Source of the DNA: Eledone cirrhosa | Lineage: Eukaryota | Direction of reading: 5' to 3' | Length of the DNA: 64,000 nucleotides | Assembly: GCA_964016885.1 (NCBI GenBank) | Contig: OZ024764.1 | Location: forward strand, 18,538,001-18,602,000 | Shown here: positions 39,880 through 53,800 of the stretch, in pieces | How positions within the stretch are numbered: the first letter of the stretch is position 1 | Layout: the number at the start of each line of letters is the position of its first letter | The notes under the pieces: model-generated | What the model was told of the DNA's origin: nothing | Database searches by the model: none | Seen by the model: the letters and a program-made list of their open reading frames with translations, nothing else | Made by a program: the position numbers and the translations under genes

Positions 39880-42800
39880 GTCAAGTGGTCATGTAGGTCT
39901 CACAACAAAAAGTACCTAGTCCACACTGTAAAGTGGTCATGTAGCTGTCACAACAAAAAGTACCCAGTCCACACTGTAATGTGGTCATGCAGGTTTCACA
40001 ACAAAAAGTACCCAGTCCACACTGTAATGTGGTCATATAGGTGTCACAACAAAAAGTACCCAGTCCACACTGTAAAGTGGTCATGTAGGTGTCACAACAA
40101 AAAGTAACCAGTCCACACTGTAAAGTGGTCATGTAGGTGTCACAACAAAAAGTACCCAGTCCACACTGTAAAGTGGTCATGTAGGTGTCACAACAAAAAG
40201 TACCTAGTCCACACTGTAAAGTGGTCATGTAGGTGTCACGACAAAAAGTACCCAGTCCACACTGTAAAGTGGTCATGTAGGTGTCACAACAAACAGCACC
40301 CAGTCCACACTGTAAAGAGGTCATGTAGGTGTCACAACAAAAAGTACCTAGTCCACACTGTAAAGTGGTCATGTAGGTGTCACAACAAAATGTACCCAGT
40401 CCACACTGTAATGTGGTCATGTAGGTGTCACAAGAAAAAGTACTCAGTCCACACTGTAAAGTGGTCATGTAGGTGTCATAACAAAAAGTGCCCAGTCCAC
40501 ACTGTAAAGTGGTTATGTAGGTGTCATAACCAAAAGTACCCAGTCTACACTGTAAAGTGGTCATGTAGGTGTCTCAACAAAAAGTACCCAGTCCACACTG
40601 TCAAGTGGTCATGTAGGTGTCACAACAAAAAGTACCCAGTCCACCCTGTAAAGTGGTCATGTAGGTGTCACAACAAAAAGTACCCAGTCCACCCTGTAAA
40701 GTGGTCATATAGGTGTCACAACAAAAAGTACCCAGTCCACCCTGTAAAGTGGTCATGTATGTGTCACAACAAAAAGTACCCAGTCCACACTGTAAAGTGG
40801 TCATGTATGTGTCACAACAAAAAGTACCCAGTCCACACTGTAAAGTGGTCATGTATGTGTCACAACAAAAAGTACCCAGTCCACACTTTAAAGTGGTCAT
40901 GTAGGTGTCACAACAAAAAGTACCCAGTCCACACTGTAATGTGGTCATGCAGGTTTCACACCAAAAAGTACCCAGTCCACACTGTAATGTGGTCATATAG
41001 GTGTCACAACAAAAAGTACCCAGTCCACACTGTAAAGTGGTCATGTAGGTGTCACGACAAAAAGTACCCAGTCCACACTGTAAAGTGGTCATGTAGATGT
41101 CACAACAAACAGCACCCAGTCCACACTGTAAAGTGGTCATGTAGGTGTCACAACAAAAAGTACCTAGTCCACACTGTAAAGTGGTCATGTAGGTGTCACA
41201 ACAAAAAGTACCCAGTCCACACTGTAATGTGGTCATGTAGGTGTCACAAGAAAAAGTACTCAGTCCACACTGTAAAGTGGTCATGTAGGTGTCATAACTA
41301 AAAGTACCCAGTCCACACTGTAAAGTGGTTATGTAGGTGTCATAACCAAAAGTACCCAGTCCACACTGTAAAGTGGTCATGTAGGTGTCACAACAAAAAG
41401 TACCCAGTCCACACTGTCAAGTGGTCATGTAGGTCTCACAACAAAAAGTACCTAGTCCACACTGTAAAGTGGTCATGTAGCTGTCACAACAAAAAGTACC
41501 CAGTCCACACTGTAATGTGGTCATGCAGGTTTCACAACAAAAAGTACCCAGTCCACACTGTAATGTGGTCATATAGGTGTCACAACAAAAAGTACCCAGT
41601 CCACACTGTAAAGTGGTCATGTAGGTGTCACAACAAAAAGTAACCAGTCCACACTGTAAAGTGGTCATGTAGGTGTCACAACAAAAAGTACCCAGTCCAC
41701 ACTGTAAAGTGGTCATGTAGGTGTCACAACAAAAAGTACCTAGTCCACACTGTAAAGTGGTCATGTAGGTGTCACGACAAAAAGTACCCAGTCCACACTG
41801 TAAAGTGGTCATGTAGGTGTCACAACAAACAGCACCCAGTCCACACTGTAAAGTGGTCATGTAGGTGTCACAACAAAAAGTACCTAGTCCACACTGTAAA
41901 GTGGTCATGTAGGTGTCACAACAAAAAGTACCCAGTCCACACTGTAATGTGGTCATGTAGGTGTCACAAGAAAAAGTACTCAGTCCACACTGTAAAGTGG
42001 TCGTGTAGGTGTCATAACAAAAAGTGCCCAGTCCACACTGTAAAGTGGTTATGTAGGTGTCATAACCAAAAGTACCCAGTCTACACTGTAAAGTGGTCAT
42101 GTAGGTGTCTCAACAAAAAGTACCCAGTCCACACTGTCAAGTGGTCATGTAGGTGTCACAACAAAAAGTACCCAGTCCACCCTGTAAAGTGGTCATGTAG
42201 GTGTCACAACAAAAAGTACCCAGTCCACCCTGTAAAGTGGTCATATAGGTGTCACAACAAAAAGTACCCAGTCCACCCTGTAAAGTGGTCATGTATGTGT
42301 CACAACAAAAAGTACCCAGTCCACACTGTAAAGTGGTCATGTATGTGTCACAACAAAATGTACCCAGTCCACACTTTAAAGTGGTCATGTACGTGTCACA
42401 ACAAAAAGTACCCAGTCCACACTGTAATGTGGTCATGCAGGTTTCACACCAAAAATTACCCAGTCCACACTGTAATGTGGTCATATAGGTGTCACAACAA
42501 AAAGTACCCAGTTCACACTGTAAAGTGGTCATGTAGGTGTCACAACAAAAAGTAACCTGTCCACAATGTAAAGTGGTCATGTAGGTGTCACAACAAAAAG
42601 TACCCAGTCCACACTGTAAAGTGGTCATGTAGGTGTCACGACAAAAAGTACCCAGTCCACACTGTAAAGTGGTCATGTAGATGTCACAACAAACAGCACC
42701 CAGTCCACACTGTAAAGTGGTCATGTAGGTGTCACAACAAAAAGTACCTAGTCCACACTGTAAAGTGGTCATGTAGGTGTCACAACAAAAAGTACCCAGT

Positions 42801-43800
42801 CCACACTGTAAAGTGGACATGTAGGTGTCATGACAAAAAGTACCCAGTCCACATTGTAAAGTGGTCATGTAGGTGTCACAACAAAAAGTACCCAGTCCAC
42901 ACTGTAAAGTGGTCATGTAGGTGTCACAACAAAATATACCCAGTCCACACTGTAAAGTGGTCATGTAGGTGTCACATCAAAAAGTACCCAGTCCACACTG
43001 TAAAGTGGTCATGTAGGTGTCACGACAAAAAGTACCCAGTCCACCCTGTAAAGTGGTCATATAGGTGTCACAACAAAAAGTACCCAGTCCACACTGTAAA
43101 GTTGTAAAGTGGTCATGTAGGTGTCACAACAAAAAGTACCCAGTCCACACTGTAATGTGGTCATGCAGGTTTCACACCAAAAAGTACCCAGTCCACACTG
43201 TAATGTGGTCATATAGGTGTCACAACAAAAAGTACCCAGTCCACACTGTAAAGTGGTCATGTAGGTGTCACAACAAAAAGTACCCAGTCCACACTGTAAA
43301 GTGGACATGTAGGTGTCATGACAAAAAGTACCCAGTCCACACTGTAAAGTGGTCATGTAGGTGTCACGACAAAAAGTACCCAGTCCACACTGTAAAGTGG
43401 TCATGTAGGTGTCACAACAAACAGCACCCAGTCCACACTGTAAAGTGGTCATGTAGGTGTCACAACAAAAAGTACCTAGTCCACACTGTAAAGTGGTCAT
43501 GTAGGTGTCACAACAAAAAGTACCCAGTCCACACTGTAATGTGGTCATGTAGGTGTCACAAGAAAAAGTACTCAGTCCACACTGTAAAGTGGTCATGTAG
43601 GTGTCATAACAAAAAGTGCCCAGTCCACACTGTAAAGTGGTTATGTAGGTGTCATAACCAAAAGTACCCAGTCTACACTGTAAAGTGGTCATGTAGGTGT
43701 CACAACAAAAAGTACCCAGTCCACACTGTCAAGTGGTCATGTAGGTGTCACAACAAAAAGTACATAGTCCACACTGTAAAGTGGTCATGTAGATGTCACA
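39880..43800. repeat. Copy of ~29100-33000 at offset 10,814 bp
   Basis: Marker pairs 29787/40601, 30603/41417, 31323/42137, 32243/43057 and 32915/43729 differ by 10814. Shared AAAGAGGTC and AAAAATTACC variants. Confidence 0.8.
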
Positions 43801-46800
43801 ACAAAAAGTACCCAGTCCACACTGTAATGTGGTCATGCAGGTTTCACAACAAAAAGTACCCAGTCCATACTGTAATGTGGTCATATAGGTGTCACAACAA
43901 AAAGTACCCAGTCCACACTGTAAAGTGGTCATGTAGGTGTCACAACAAAAAGTACCCAGTCCACATTGTAAAGTGGTCATGTAGGTGTCACAACAAAAAG
44001 TACCCAGTCCACACTGTAAAGTGGTCATGTATGTGTCACAACAAAAAGTACCCAGTCCACACTGTAAAGTAGTCATGTAGGTGTCACAACAAAAAGTACC
44101 CAGTCCACACTGTAAAGTGGTCATGTAGGTGTCACAACAAAATATACCCAGTCCACACTGTAAAGTGGTCATGTAGGTGTCACAACAAAAAGTACCCAGT
44201 CCACACTGTAAAGTGGTCATGTAGGTGTCACAACAAAAAGTACCCAGTCCACCCTGTAAAGTGGTCATATAGGTGTCACAACAAAAAGTACCCAGTCCAC
44301 CCTGTAAAGTGGTCATGTATGTGTCACAACAAAAAGTACCCAGTCCACACTGTAAAGTGGTCATGTATGTGTCACAACAAAAAGTACCCAGTCCACACTT
44401 TAAAGTGGTCATGTAGGTGTCACAACAAAAAGTACCCAGTCCACACTGTAATGTGGTCATGCAGGTTTCATACCAAAAAGTACCCAGTCCACACTGTAAT
44501 GTGGTCATATAGGTGTCACAACAAAAAGTACCCAGTCCACACTGTAAAGTGGTCATGTAGGTGTCACAAAAAAAAGTAACCAGTCCACACTGTAAAGTGG
44601 TCATGTAGGTGTCACAACAAAAAGTACCCAGTCCACACTGTAAAGTGGTCATGTAGGTGTCACGACAAAAAGTACCCAGTCCACACTGTAAAGTGGTCAT
44701 GTAGATGTCACAACAAACAGCACCCAGTCCACACTGTAAAGTGGTCATGTAGGTGTCACAACAAAAAGTACCTAGTCCACACTGTAAAGTGGTCATGTAG
44801 GTGTCACAACAAAAAGTACCCAGTCCACACTGTAATGTGGTCATGTAGGTGTCACTAGAAAAAGTACTCAGTCCACACTGTAAAGTGGTCATGTAGGTGT
44901 CATAACTAAAAGTACCCAGTCCACACTGTAAAGTGGTTATGTAGGTGTCATAACCAAAAGTACCCAGTCCACACTGTAAAGTGGTCATGTAGGTGTCACA
45001 ACAAAAAGTACCCAGTCCACACTGTCAAGTGGTCATGTAGGTCTCACAACAAAAAGTACCTAGTCCACACTGTAAAGTGGTCATGTAGCTGTCACAACAA
45101 AAAGTACCCAGTCCACACTGTAATGTGGTCATGCAGGTTTCACAACAAAAAGTACCCAGTCCACACTGTAATGTGGTCATATAGGTGTCACAACAAAAAG
45201 TACCCAGTCCACACTGTAAAGTGGTCATGTAGGTGTCACAACAAAAAGTAACCAGTCCACACTGTAAAGTGGTCATGTAGGTGTCACAACAAAAAGTACC
45301 CAGTCCACACTGTAAAGTGGTCATGTAGGTGTCACAACAAAAAGTACCTAGTCCACACTGTAAAGTGGTCATGTAGGTGTCACGACAAAAAGTACCCAGT
45401 CCACACTGTAAAGTGGTCATGTAGGTGTCACAACAAACAGCACCCAGTCCACACTGTAAAGAGGTCATGTAGGTGTCACAACAAAAAGTACCTAGTCCAC
45501 ACTGTAAAGTGGTCATGTAGGTGTCACAAGAAAAAGTACCCAGTCCACACTGTAATGTGGTCATGTAGGTGTCACAAGAAAAAGTACTCAGTCCACACTG
45601 TAAAGTGGTCATGTAGGTGTCATAACAAAAAGTGCCCAGTCCACACTGTAAAGTGGTTATGTAGGTGTCATAACCAAAAGTACCCAGTCTACACTGTAAA
45701 GTGGTCATGTAGGTGTCTCAATAAAAAGTACCCAGTCCACACTGTCAAGTGGTCATGTAGGTGTCACAACAAAAAGTACCCAGTCCACCCTGTAAAGTGG
45801 TCATGTAGGTGTCACAACAAAAAGTACCCAGTCCACCCTGTAAAGTGGTCATATAGGTGTCACAACAAAAAGTACCCAGTCCACCCTGTAAAGTGGTCAT
45901 GTATGTGTCACAACAAAAAGTACCCAGTCCACACTGTAAAGTGGTCATGTATGTGTCACAACAAAAAGTACCCAGTCCACACTGTAAAGTGGTCATGTAT
46001 GTGTCACAACAAAAAGTACCCAGTCCACACTTTAAAGTGGTCATGTAGGTGTCACAACAAAAAGTACCCAGTCCACACTGTAATGTGGTCATGCAGGTTT
46101 CACACCAAAAAGTACCCAGTCCACACTGTAATGTGGTCATATAGGTGTCACAACAAAAAGTACCCAGTCCACACTGTAAAGTGGTCATGTAGGTGTCACA
46201 AAAAAATGTAACCAGTCCACACTGTAAAGTGGTCATGTAGGTGTCACAACAAAAAGTACCCAGTCCACACTGTAAAGTGGTCATGTAGGTGTCACGACAA
46301 AAAGTACCCAGTCCACACTGTAAAGTGGTCATGTAGATGTCACAACAAACAGCACCCAGTCCACACTGTAAAGTGGTCATGTAGGTGTCACAACAAAAAG
46401 TACCTAGTCCACACTGTAAAGTGGTCATGTAGGTGTCACAACAAAAAGTACCCAGTCCACACTGTAATGTGGTCATGTAGGTGTCACAAGAAAAAGTACT
46501 CAGTCCACACTGTAAAGTGGTCATGTAGGTGTCATAACTAAAAGTACCCAGTCCACACTGTAAAGTGGTTATGTAGGTGTCATAACCAAAAGTACCCAGT
46601 CCACACTGTAAAGTGGTCATGTAGGTGTCACAACAAAAAGTACCCAGTCCACACTGTCAAGTGGTCATGTAGGTCTCACAACAAAAAGTACCTAGTCCAC
46701 ACTGTAAAGTGGTCATGTAGCTGTCACAACAAAAAGTACCCAGTCCACACTGTAATGTGGTCATGCAGGTTTCACAACAAAAAGTACCCAGTCGACACTG

Positions 46801-47729
46801 TAATGTGGTCATATAGGTGTCACAACAAAAAGTACCCAGTCCACACTGTAAAGTGGTCATGTAGGTGTCACAACAAAAAGTAACCAGTCCACACTGTAAA
46901 GTGGTCATGTAGGTGTCACAACAAAAAGTACCCAGTCCACACTGTAAAGTGGTCATGTAGGTGTCACAACAAAAAGTACCTAGTCCACACTGTAAAGTGG
47001 TCATGTAGGTGTCACGACAAAAAGTACCCAGTCCACACTGTAAAGTGGTCATGTAGGTGTCACAACAAACAGCACCCAGTCCACACTGTAAAGTGGTCAT
47101 GTAGGTGTCACAACAAAAAGTACCTAGTCCACACTGTAAAGTGGTCATGTAGGTGTCACAACAAAAAGTACCCAGTCCACACTGTAATGTGGTCATGTAG
47201 GTGTCACAAGAAAAAGTACTCAGTCCACACTGTAAAGTGGTCGTGTAGGTGTCATAACAAAAAGTGCCCAGTCCACACTGTAAAGTGGTTATGTAGGTGT
47301 CATAACCAAAAGTACCCAGTCTACACTGTAAAGTGGTCATGTAGGTGTCTCAACAAAAAGTACCCAGTCCACACTGTCAAGTGGTCATGTAGGTGTCACA
47401 ACAAAAAGTACCCAGTCCACCCTGTAAAGTGGTCATGTAGGTGTCACAACAAAAAGTACCCAGTCCACCCTGTAAAGTGGTCATATAGGTGTCACAACAA
47501 AAAGTACCCAGTCCACCCTGTAAAGTGGTCATGTATGTGTCACAACAAAATGTACCCAGTCCACACTTTAAAGTGGTCATGTACGTGTCACAACAGAAAG
47601 TACCCAGTCCACACTGTAATGTGGTCATGCAGGTTTCACACCAAAAAGTACCCAGTCCACACTGTAATGTGGTCATATAGGTGTCACAACAAAAAGTACC
47701 CAGTTCACACTGTAAAGTGGTCATGTAGG

Positions 47730-50700
47730 TGTCACAACAAAAAGTAACCTGTCCACAATGTAAAGTGGTCATGTAGGTGTCACAACAAAAAGTACCCAGT
47801 CCACACTGTAAAGTGGTCATGTAGGTGTCACGACAAAAAGTACCCAGTCCACACTGTAAAGTGGTCATGTAGATGTCACAACAAACAGCACCCAGTCCAC
47901 ACTGTAAAGTGGTCATGTAGGTGTCACAACAAAAAGTACCTAGTCCACACTGTAAAGTGGTCATGTAGGTGTCACAACAAAAAGTACCCAGTCCACACTG
48001 TAAAGTGGACATGTAGGTGTCATGACAAAAAGTACCCAGTCCACATTGTAAAGTGGTCATGTAGGTGTCACAACAAAAAGTACCCAGTCCACACTGTAAA
48101 GTGGTCATGTAGGTGTCACAACAAAACATACCCAGTCCACACTGTAAAGTGGTCATGTAGGTGTCACAACAAAAAGTACCCAGTCCACACTGTAAAGTGG
48201 TCATGTAGGTGTCACGACAAAAAGTACCCAGTCCACCCTGTAAAGTGGTCATATAGGTGTCACAACAAAAAGTACCCAGTCCACACTGTAAAGTTGTAAA
48301 GTGGTCATGTAGGTGTCACAACAAAAAGTACCCAGTCCACACTGTAATGTGGTCATGCAGGTTTCACACCAAAAAGTACCCAGTCCACACTGTAATGTGG
48401 TCATATAGGTGTCACAACAAAAAGTACCCAGTCCACACTGTAAAGTGGTCATGTAGGTGTCACAACAAAAAGTACCCAGTCCACACTGTAAAGTGGACAT
48501 GTAGGTGTCATGACAAAAAGTACCCAGTCCACACTGTAAAGTGGTCATGTAGGTGTCACGACAAAAAGTACCCAGTCCACACTGTAAAGTGGTCATGTAG
48601 GTGTCACAACAAACAGCACCCAGTCCACACTGTAAAGTGGTCATGTAGGTGTCACAACAAAAAGTACCTAGTCCACACTGTAAAGTGGTCATGTAGGTGT
48701 CACAACAAAAAGTACCCAGTCCACACTGTAATGTGGTCATGTAGGTGTCACAAGAAAAAGTACTCAGTCCACACTGTAAAGTGGTCATGTAGGTGTCATA
48801 ACAAAAAGTGCCCAGTCCACACTGTAAAGTGGTTATGTAGGTGTCATAACCAAAAGTACCCAGTCTACACTGTAAAGTGGTCATGTAGGTGTCACAACAA
48901 AAAGTACCCAGTCCACACTGTCAAGTGGTCATGTAGGTGTCACAACAAAAAGTACCTAGTCCACACTGTAAAGTGGTCATGTAGATGTCACAACAAAAAG
49001 TACCCAGTCCACACTGTAATGTGGTCATGCAGGTTTCACAACAAAAAGTACCCAGTCCACACTGTAATGTGGTCATATAGGTGTCACAACAAAAAGTACC
49101 CAGTCCACACTGTAAAGTGGTCATGTAGGTATCACAACAAAAAGTACCCAGTCCACACTGTAAAGTGGACATGTAGGTGTCATGACAAAAAGTACCCAGT
49201 CCACATTGTAAAGTGGTCATGTAGGTGTCACAACAAAAAGTACCCAGTCCACACTGTAAAGTGGTCATGTAGGTGTCACAACAAAAAGTAACCTGTCCAC
49301 AATGTAAAGTGGTCATGTAGGTGTCACAACAAAAAGTACCCAGTCCACACTGTAAAGTGGTCATGTAGGTGTCACGACAAAAAGTACCCAGTCCACACTG
49401 TAAAGTGGTCATGTAGATGTCACAACAAACAGCACCCAGTCCACACTGTAAAGTGGTCATGTAGGTGTCACAACAAAAAGTACCTAGTCCACACTGTAAA
49501 GTGGTCATGTAGGTGTCACAACAAAAAGTACCCAGTCCACACTGTAAAGTGGACATGTAGGTGTCATGACAAAAAGTACCCAGTCCACATTGTAAAGTGG
49601 TCATGTAGGTGTCACAACAAAAAGTACCCAGTCCACACTGTAAAGTGGTCATGTAGGTGTCACAACAAAACATACCCAGTCCACACTGTAAAGTGGTCAT
49701 GTAGGTGTCACAACAAAAAGTACCCAGTCCACACTGTAAAGTGGTCATGTAGGTGTCACGACAAAAAGTACCCAGTCCACCCTGTAAAGTGGTCATATAG
49801 GTGTCACAACAAAAAGTACCCAGTCCACACTGTAAAGTTGTAAAGTGGTCATGTAGGTGTCACAACAAAAAGTACCCAGTCCACACTGTAATGTGGTCAT
49901 GCAGGTTTCACACCAAAAAGTACCCAGTCCACACTGTAATGTGGTCATATAGGTGTCACAACAAAAAGTACCCAGTCCACACTGTAAAGTGGTCATGTAG
50001 GTGTCACAACAAAAAGTACCCAGTCCACACTGTAAAGTGGACATGTAGGTGTCATGACAAAAAGTACCCAGTCCACACTGTAAAGTGGTCATGTAGGTGT
50101 CACGACAAAAAGTACCCAGTCCACACTGTAAAGTGGTCATGTAGGTGTCACAACAAACAGCACCCAGTCCACACTGTAAAGTGGTCATGTAGGTGTCACA
50201 ACAAAAAGTACCTAGTCCACACTGTAAAGTGGTCATGTAGGTGTCACAACAAAAAGTACCCAGTCCACACTGTAATGTGGTCATGTAGGTGTCACAAGAA
50301 AAAGTACTCAGTCCACACTGTAAAGTGGTCATGTAGGTGTCATAACAAAAAGTGCCCAGTCCACACTGTAAAGTGGTTATGTAGGTGTCATAACCAAAAG
50401 TACCCAGTCTACACTGTAAAGTGGTCATGTAGGTGTCACAACAAAAAGTACCCAGTCCACACTGTCAAGTGGTCATGTAGGTGTCACAACAAAAAGTACC
50501 TAGTCCACACTGTAAAGTGGTCATGTAGATGTCACAACAAAAAGTACCCAGTCCACACTGTAATGTGGTCATGCAGGTTTCACAACAAAAAGTACCCAGT
50601 CCACACTGTAATGTGGTCATATAGGTGTCACAACAAAAAGTACCCAGTCCACACTGTAAAGTGGTCATGTAGGTATCACAACAAAAAGTACCCAGTCCAC

Positions 50701-50810
50701 ACTGTAAAGTGGACATGTAGGTGTCATGACAAAAAGTACCCAGTCCACATTGTAAAGTGGTCATGTAGGTGTCACAACAAAAAGTACCCAGTCCACACTG
50801 TAAAGTGGTC
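47730..50810. repeat. Tandem duplication of a 32-monomer block, offset 1,544 bp (32x48+8)
   Basis: Pairs 48249/49793 and 48921/50465. Shared variants AAAACATACC (~48123/~49667) and GTATCACAAC (~49129/~50673), and the 8-bp insertion at 48287/49831. Confidence 0.85.
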
Positions 50811-53800
50811 ATGTATGTGTCACAATGAAAAGTACCCAGTCCACACTGTAAAGTAGTCATGTAGGTGTCACAACAAAAAGTACCCAGTCCACACTGTAAA
50901 GTGGTCATGTAGGTGTCACAACAAAATATACCCAGTCCACACTGTAAAGTGGTCATGTAGGTGTCACAACAAAAAGTACCCAGTCCACACTGTAAAGTGG
51001 TCATGTAGGTGTCACAACAAAAAGTACCCAGTCCACCCTGTAAAGTGGTCATATAGGTGTCACAACAAAAAGTACCCAGTCCACCCTGTAAAGTGGTCAT
51101 GTATGTGTCACAACAAAAAGTACCCAGTCCACACTGTAAAGTGGTCATGTATGTGTCACAACAAAAAGTACCCAGTCCACACTTTAAAGTGGTCATGTAG
51201 GTGTCACAACAAAAAGTACCCAGTCCACACTGTAATGTGGTCATGCAGGTTTCACACCAAAAAGTACCCAGTCCACACTGTAATGTGGTCATATAGGTGT
51301 CACAACAAAAAGTACCCAGTCCACACTGTAAAGTGGTCATGTAGGTGTCACAAAAAAAAGTAACCAGTCCACACTGTAAAGTGGTCATGTAGGTGTCACA
51401 ACAAAAAGTACCCAGTCCACACTGTAAAGTGGTCATGTAGGTGTCACGACAAAAAGTACCCAGTCCACACTGTAAAGTGGTCATGTAGATGTCACAACAA
51501 ACAGCACCCAGTCCACACTGTAAAGTGGTCATGTAGGTGTCACAACAAAAAGTACCTAGTCCACACTGTAAAGTGGTCATGTAGGTGTCACAACAAAAAG
51601 TACCCAGTCCACACTGTAATGTGGTCATGTAGGTGTCACAAGAAAAAGTACTCAGTCCACACTGTAAAGTGGTCATGTAGGTGTCATAACGAAAAGTACC
51701 AAGTCCACACTGTAAAGTGGTTATGTAGGTGTCATAACCAAAAGTACCCAGTCCACACTGTAAAGTGGTCATGTAGGTGTCACAACAAAAAGTACCCAGT
51801 CCACACTGTCAAGTGGTCATGTAGGTCTCACAACAAAAAGTACCTAGTCCACACTGTAAAGTGGTCATGTAGCTGTCACAACAAAAAGTACCCAGTCCAC
51901 ACTGTAATGTGGTCATGCAGGTTTCACAACAAAAAGTACCCAGTCCACACTGTAATGTGGTCATATAGGTGTCACAACAAAAAGTACCCAGTCCACACTG
52001 TAAAGTGGTCATGTAGGTGTCACAACAAAAAGTAACCAGTCCACACTGTAAAGTGGTCATGTAGGTGTCACAACAAAAAGTACCCAGTCCACACTGTAAA
52101 GTGGTCATGTAGGTGTCACAACAAAAAGTACCTAGTCCACACTGTAAAGTGGTCATGTAGGTGTCACGACAAAAAGTACCCAGTCCACACTGTAAAGTGG
52201 TCATGTAGGTGTCACAACAAACAGCACCCAGTCCACACTGTAAAGTGGTCATGTAGGTGTCACAACAAAAAGTACTTAGTCCACACTGTAAAGTGGTCAT
52301 GTAGGTGTCACAACAAAAAGTACCCAGTCCACACTGTAATGTGGTCATGTAGGTGTCACAAGAAAAAGTACTCAGTCCACACTGTAAAGTGGTCATGTAG
52401 GTGTCATAACAAAAAGTGCCCAGTCCACACTGTAAAGTGGTTATGTAGGTGTCATAACCAAAAGTACCCAGTCTACACTGTAAAGTGGTCATGTAGGTGT
52501 CTCAACAAAAAGTACCCAGTCCACACTGTCAAGTGGTCATGTAGGTGTCACAACAAAAAGTACCCAGTCCACCCTGTAAAGTGGTCATGTAGGTGTCACA
52601 ACAAAAAGTACCCAGTCCACCCTGTAAAGTGGTCATATAGGTGTCACAACAAAAAGTACCCAGTTCATCCTGTAAAGTGGTCATGTATGTGTCACAACAA
52701 AAAGTACCCAGTCCACACTGTAAAGTGGTCATGTATGTGTCACAACAAAAAGTACCCAGTCCACACTGTAAAGTGGTCATGTATGTGTCACAACAAAAAG
52801 TACCCAGTCCACACTTTAAAGTGGTCATGTAGGTGTCACAACAAAAAGTACCCAGTCCACTCTGTAATGTGGTCATGCAGGTTTCACACCAAAAAGTACC
52901 CAGTCCACACTGTAATGTGGTCATATAGGTGTCACAACAAAAAGTACCCAGTCCACACTGTAAAGTGGTCATGTAGGTGTCACAAAAAAAAGTAACCAGT
53001 CCACACTGTAAAGTGGTCATGTAGGTGTCACAACAAAAAGTACCCAGTCCACACTGTAAAGTGGTCATGTAGGTGTCACGACAAAAAGTACCCAGTCCAC
53101 ACTGTAAAGTGGTCATGTAGATGTCACAACAAACAGCACCCAGTCCACACTGTAAAGTGGTCATGTAGGTGTCACAACAAAAAGTACCTAGTCCACACTG
53201 TAAAGTGGTCATGTAGGTGTCACAACAAAAAGTACCCAGTCCACACTGTAATGTGGTCATGTAGGTGTCACAAGAAAAAGTACTCAGTCCACACTGTAAA
53301 GTGGTCATGTAGGTGTCATAACGAAAAGTACCCAGTCCACACTGTAAAGTGGTTATGTAGGTGTCATAACCAAAAGTACCCAGTCCACACTGTAAAGTGG
53401 TCATGTAGGTGTTACAACAAAAAGTACCCAGTCCACACTGTCAAGTGGTCATGTAGGTCTCACAACAAAAAGTACCTAGTCCACACTGTAAAGTGGTCAT
53501 GTAGCTGTTACAACAAAAAGTACCCAGTCCACACTGTAATGTGGTCATGCAGGTTTCACAACAAAAAGTACCCAGTCCACACTGTAATGTGGTCATATAG
53601 GTGTCACAACAAAAAGTACCCAGTCCACACTGTAAAGTGGTCATGTAGGTGTCACAACAAAAAGTAACCAGTCCACACTGTAAAGTGGTCATGTAGGTGT
53701 CACAACAAAAAGTACCCAGTCCACACTGTAAAGTGGTCATGTAGGTGTCACAACAAAAAGTACCTAGTCCACACTGTAAAGTGGTCATGTAGGTGTCACG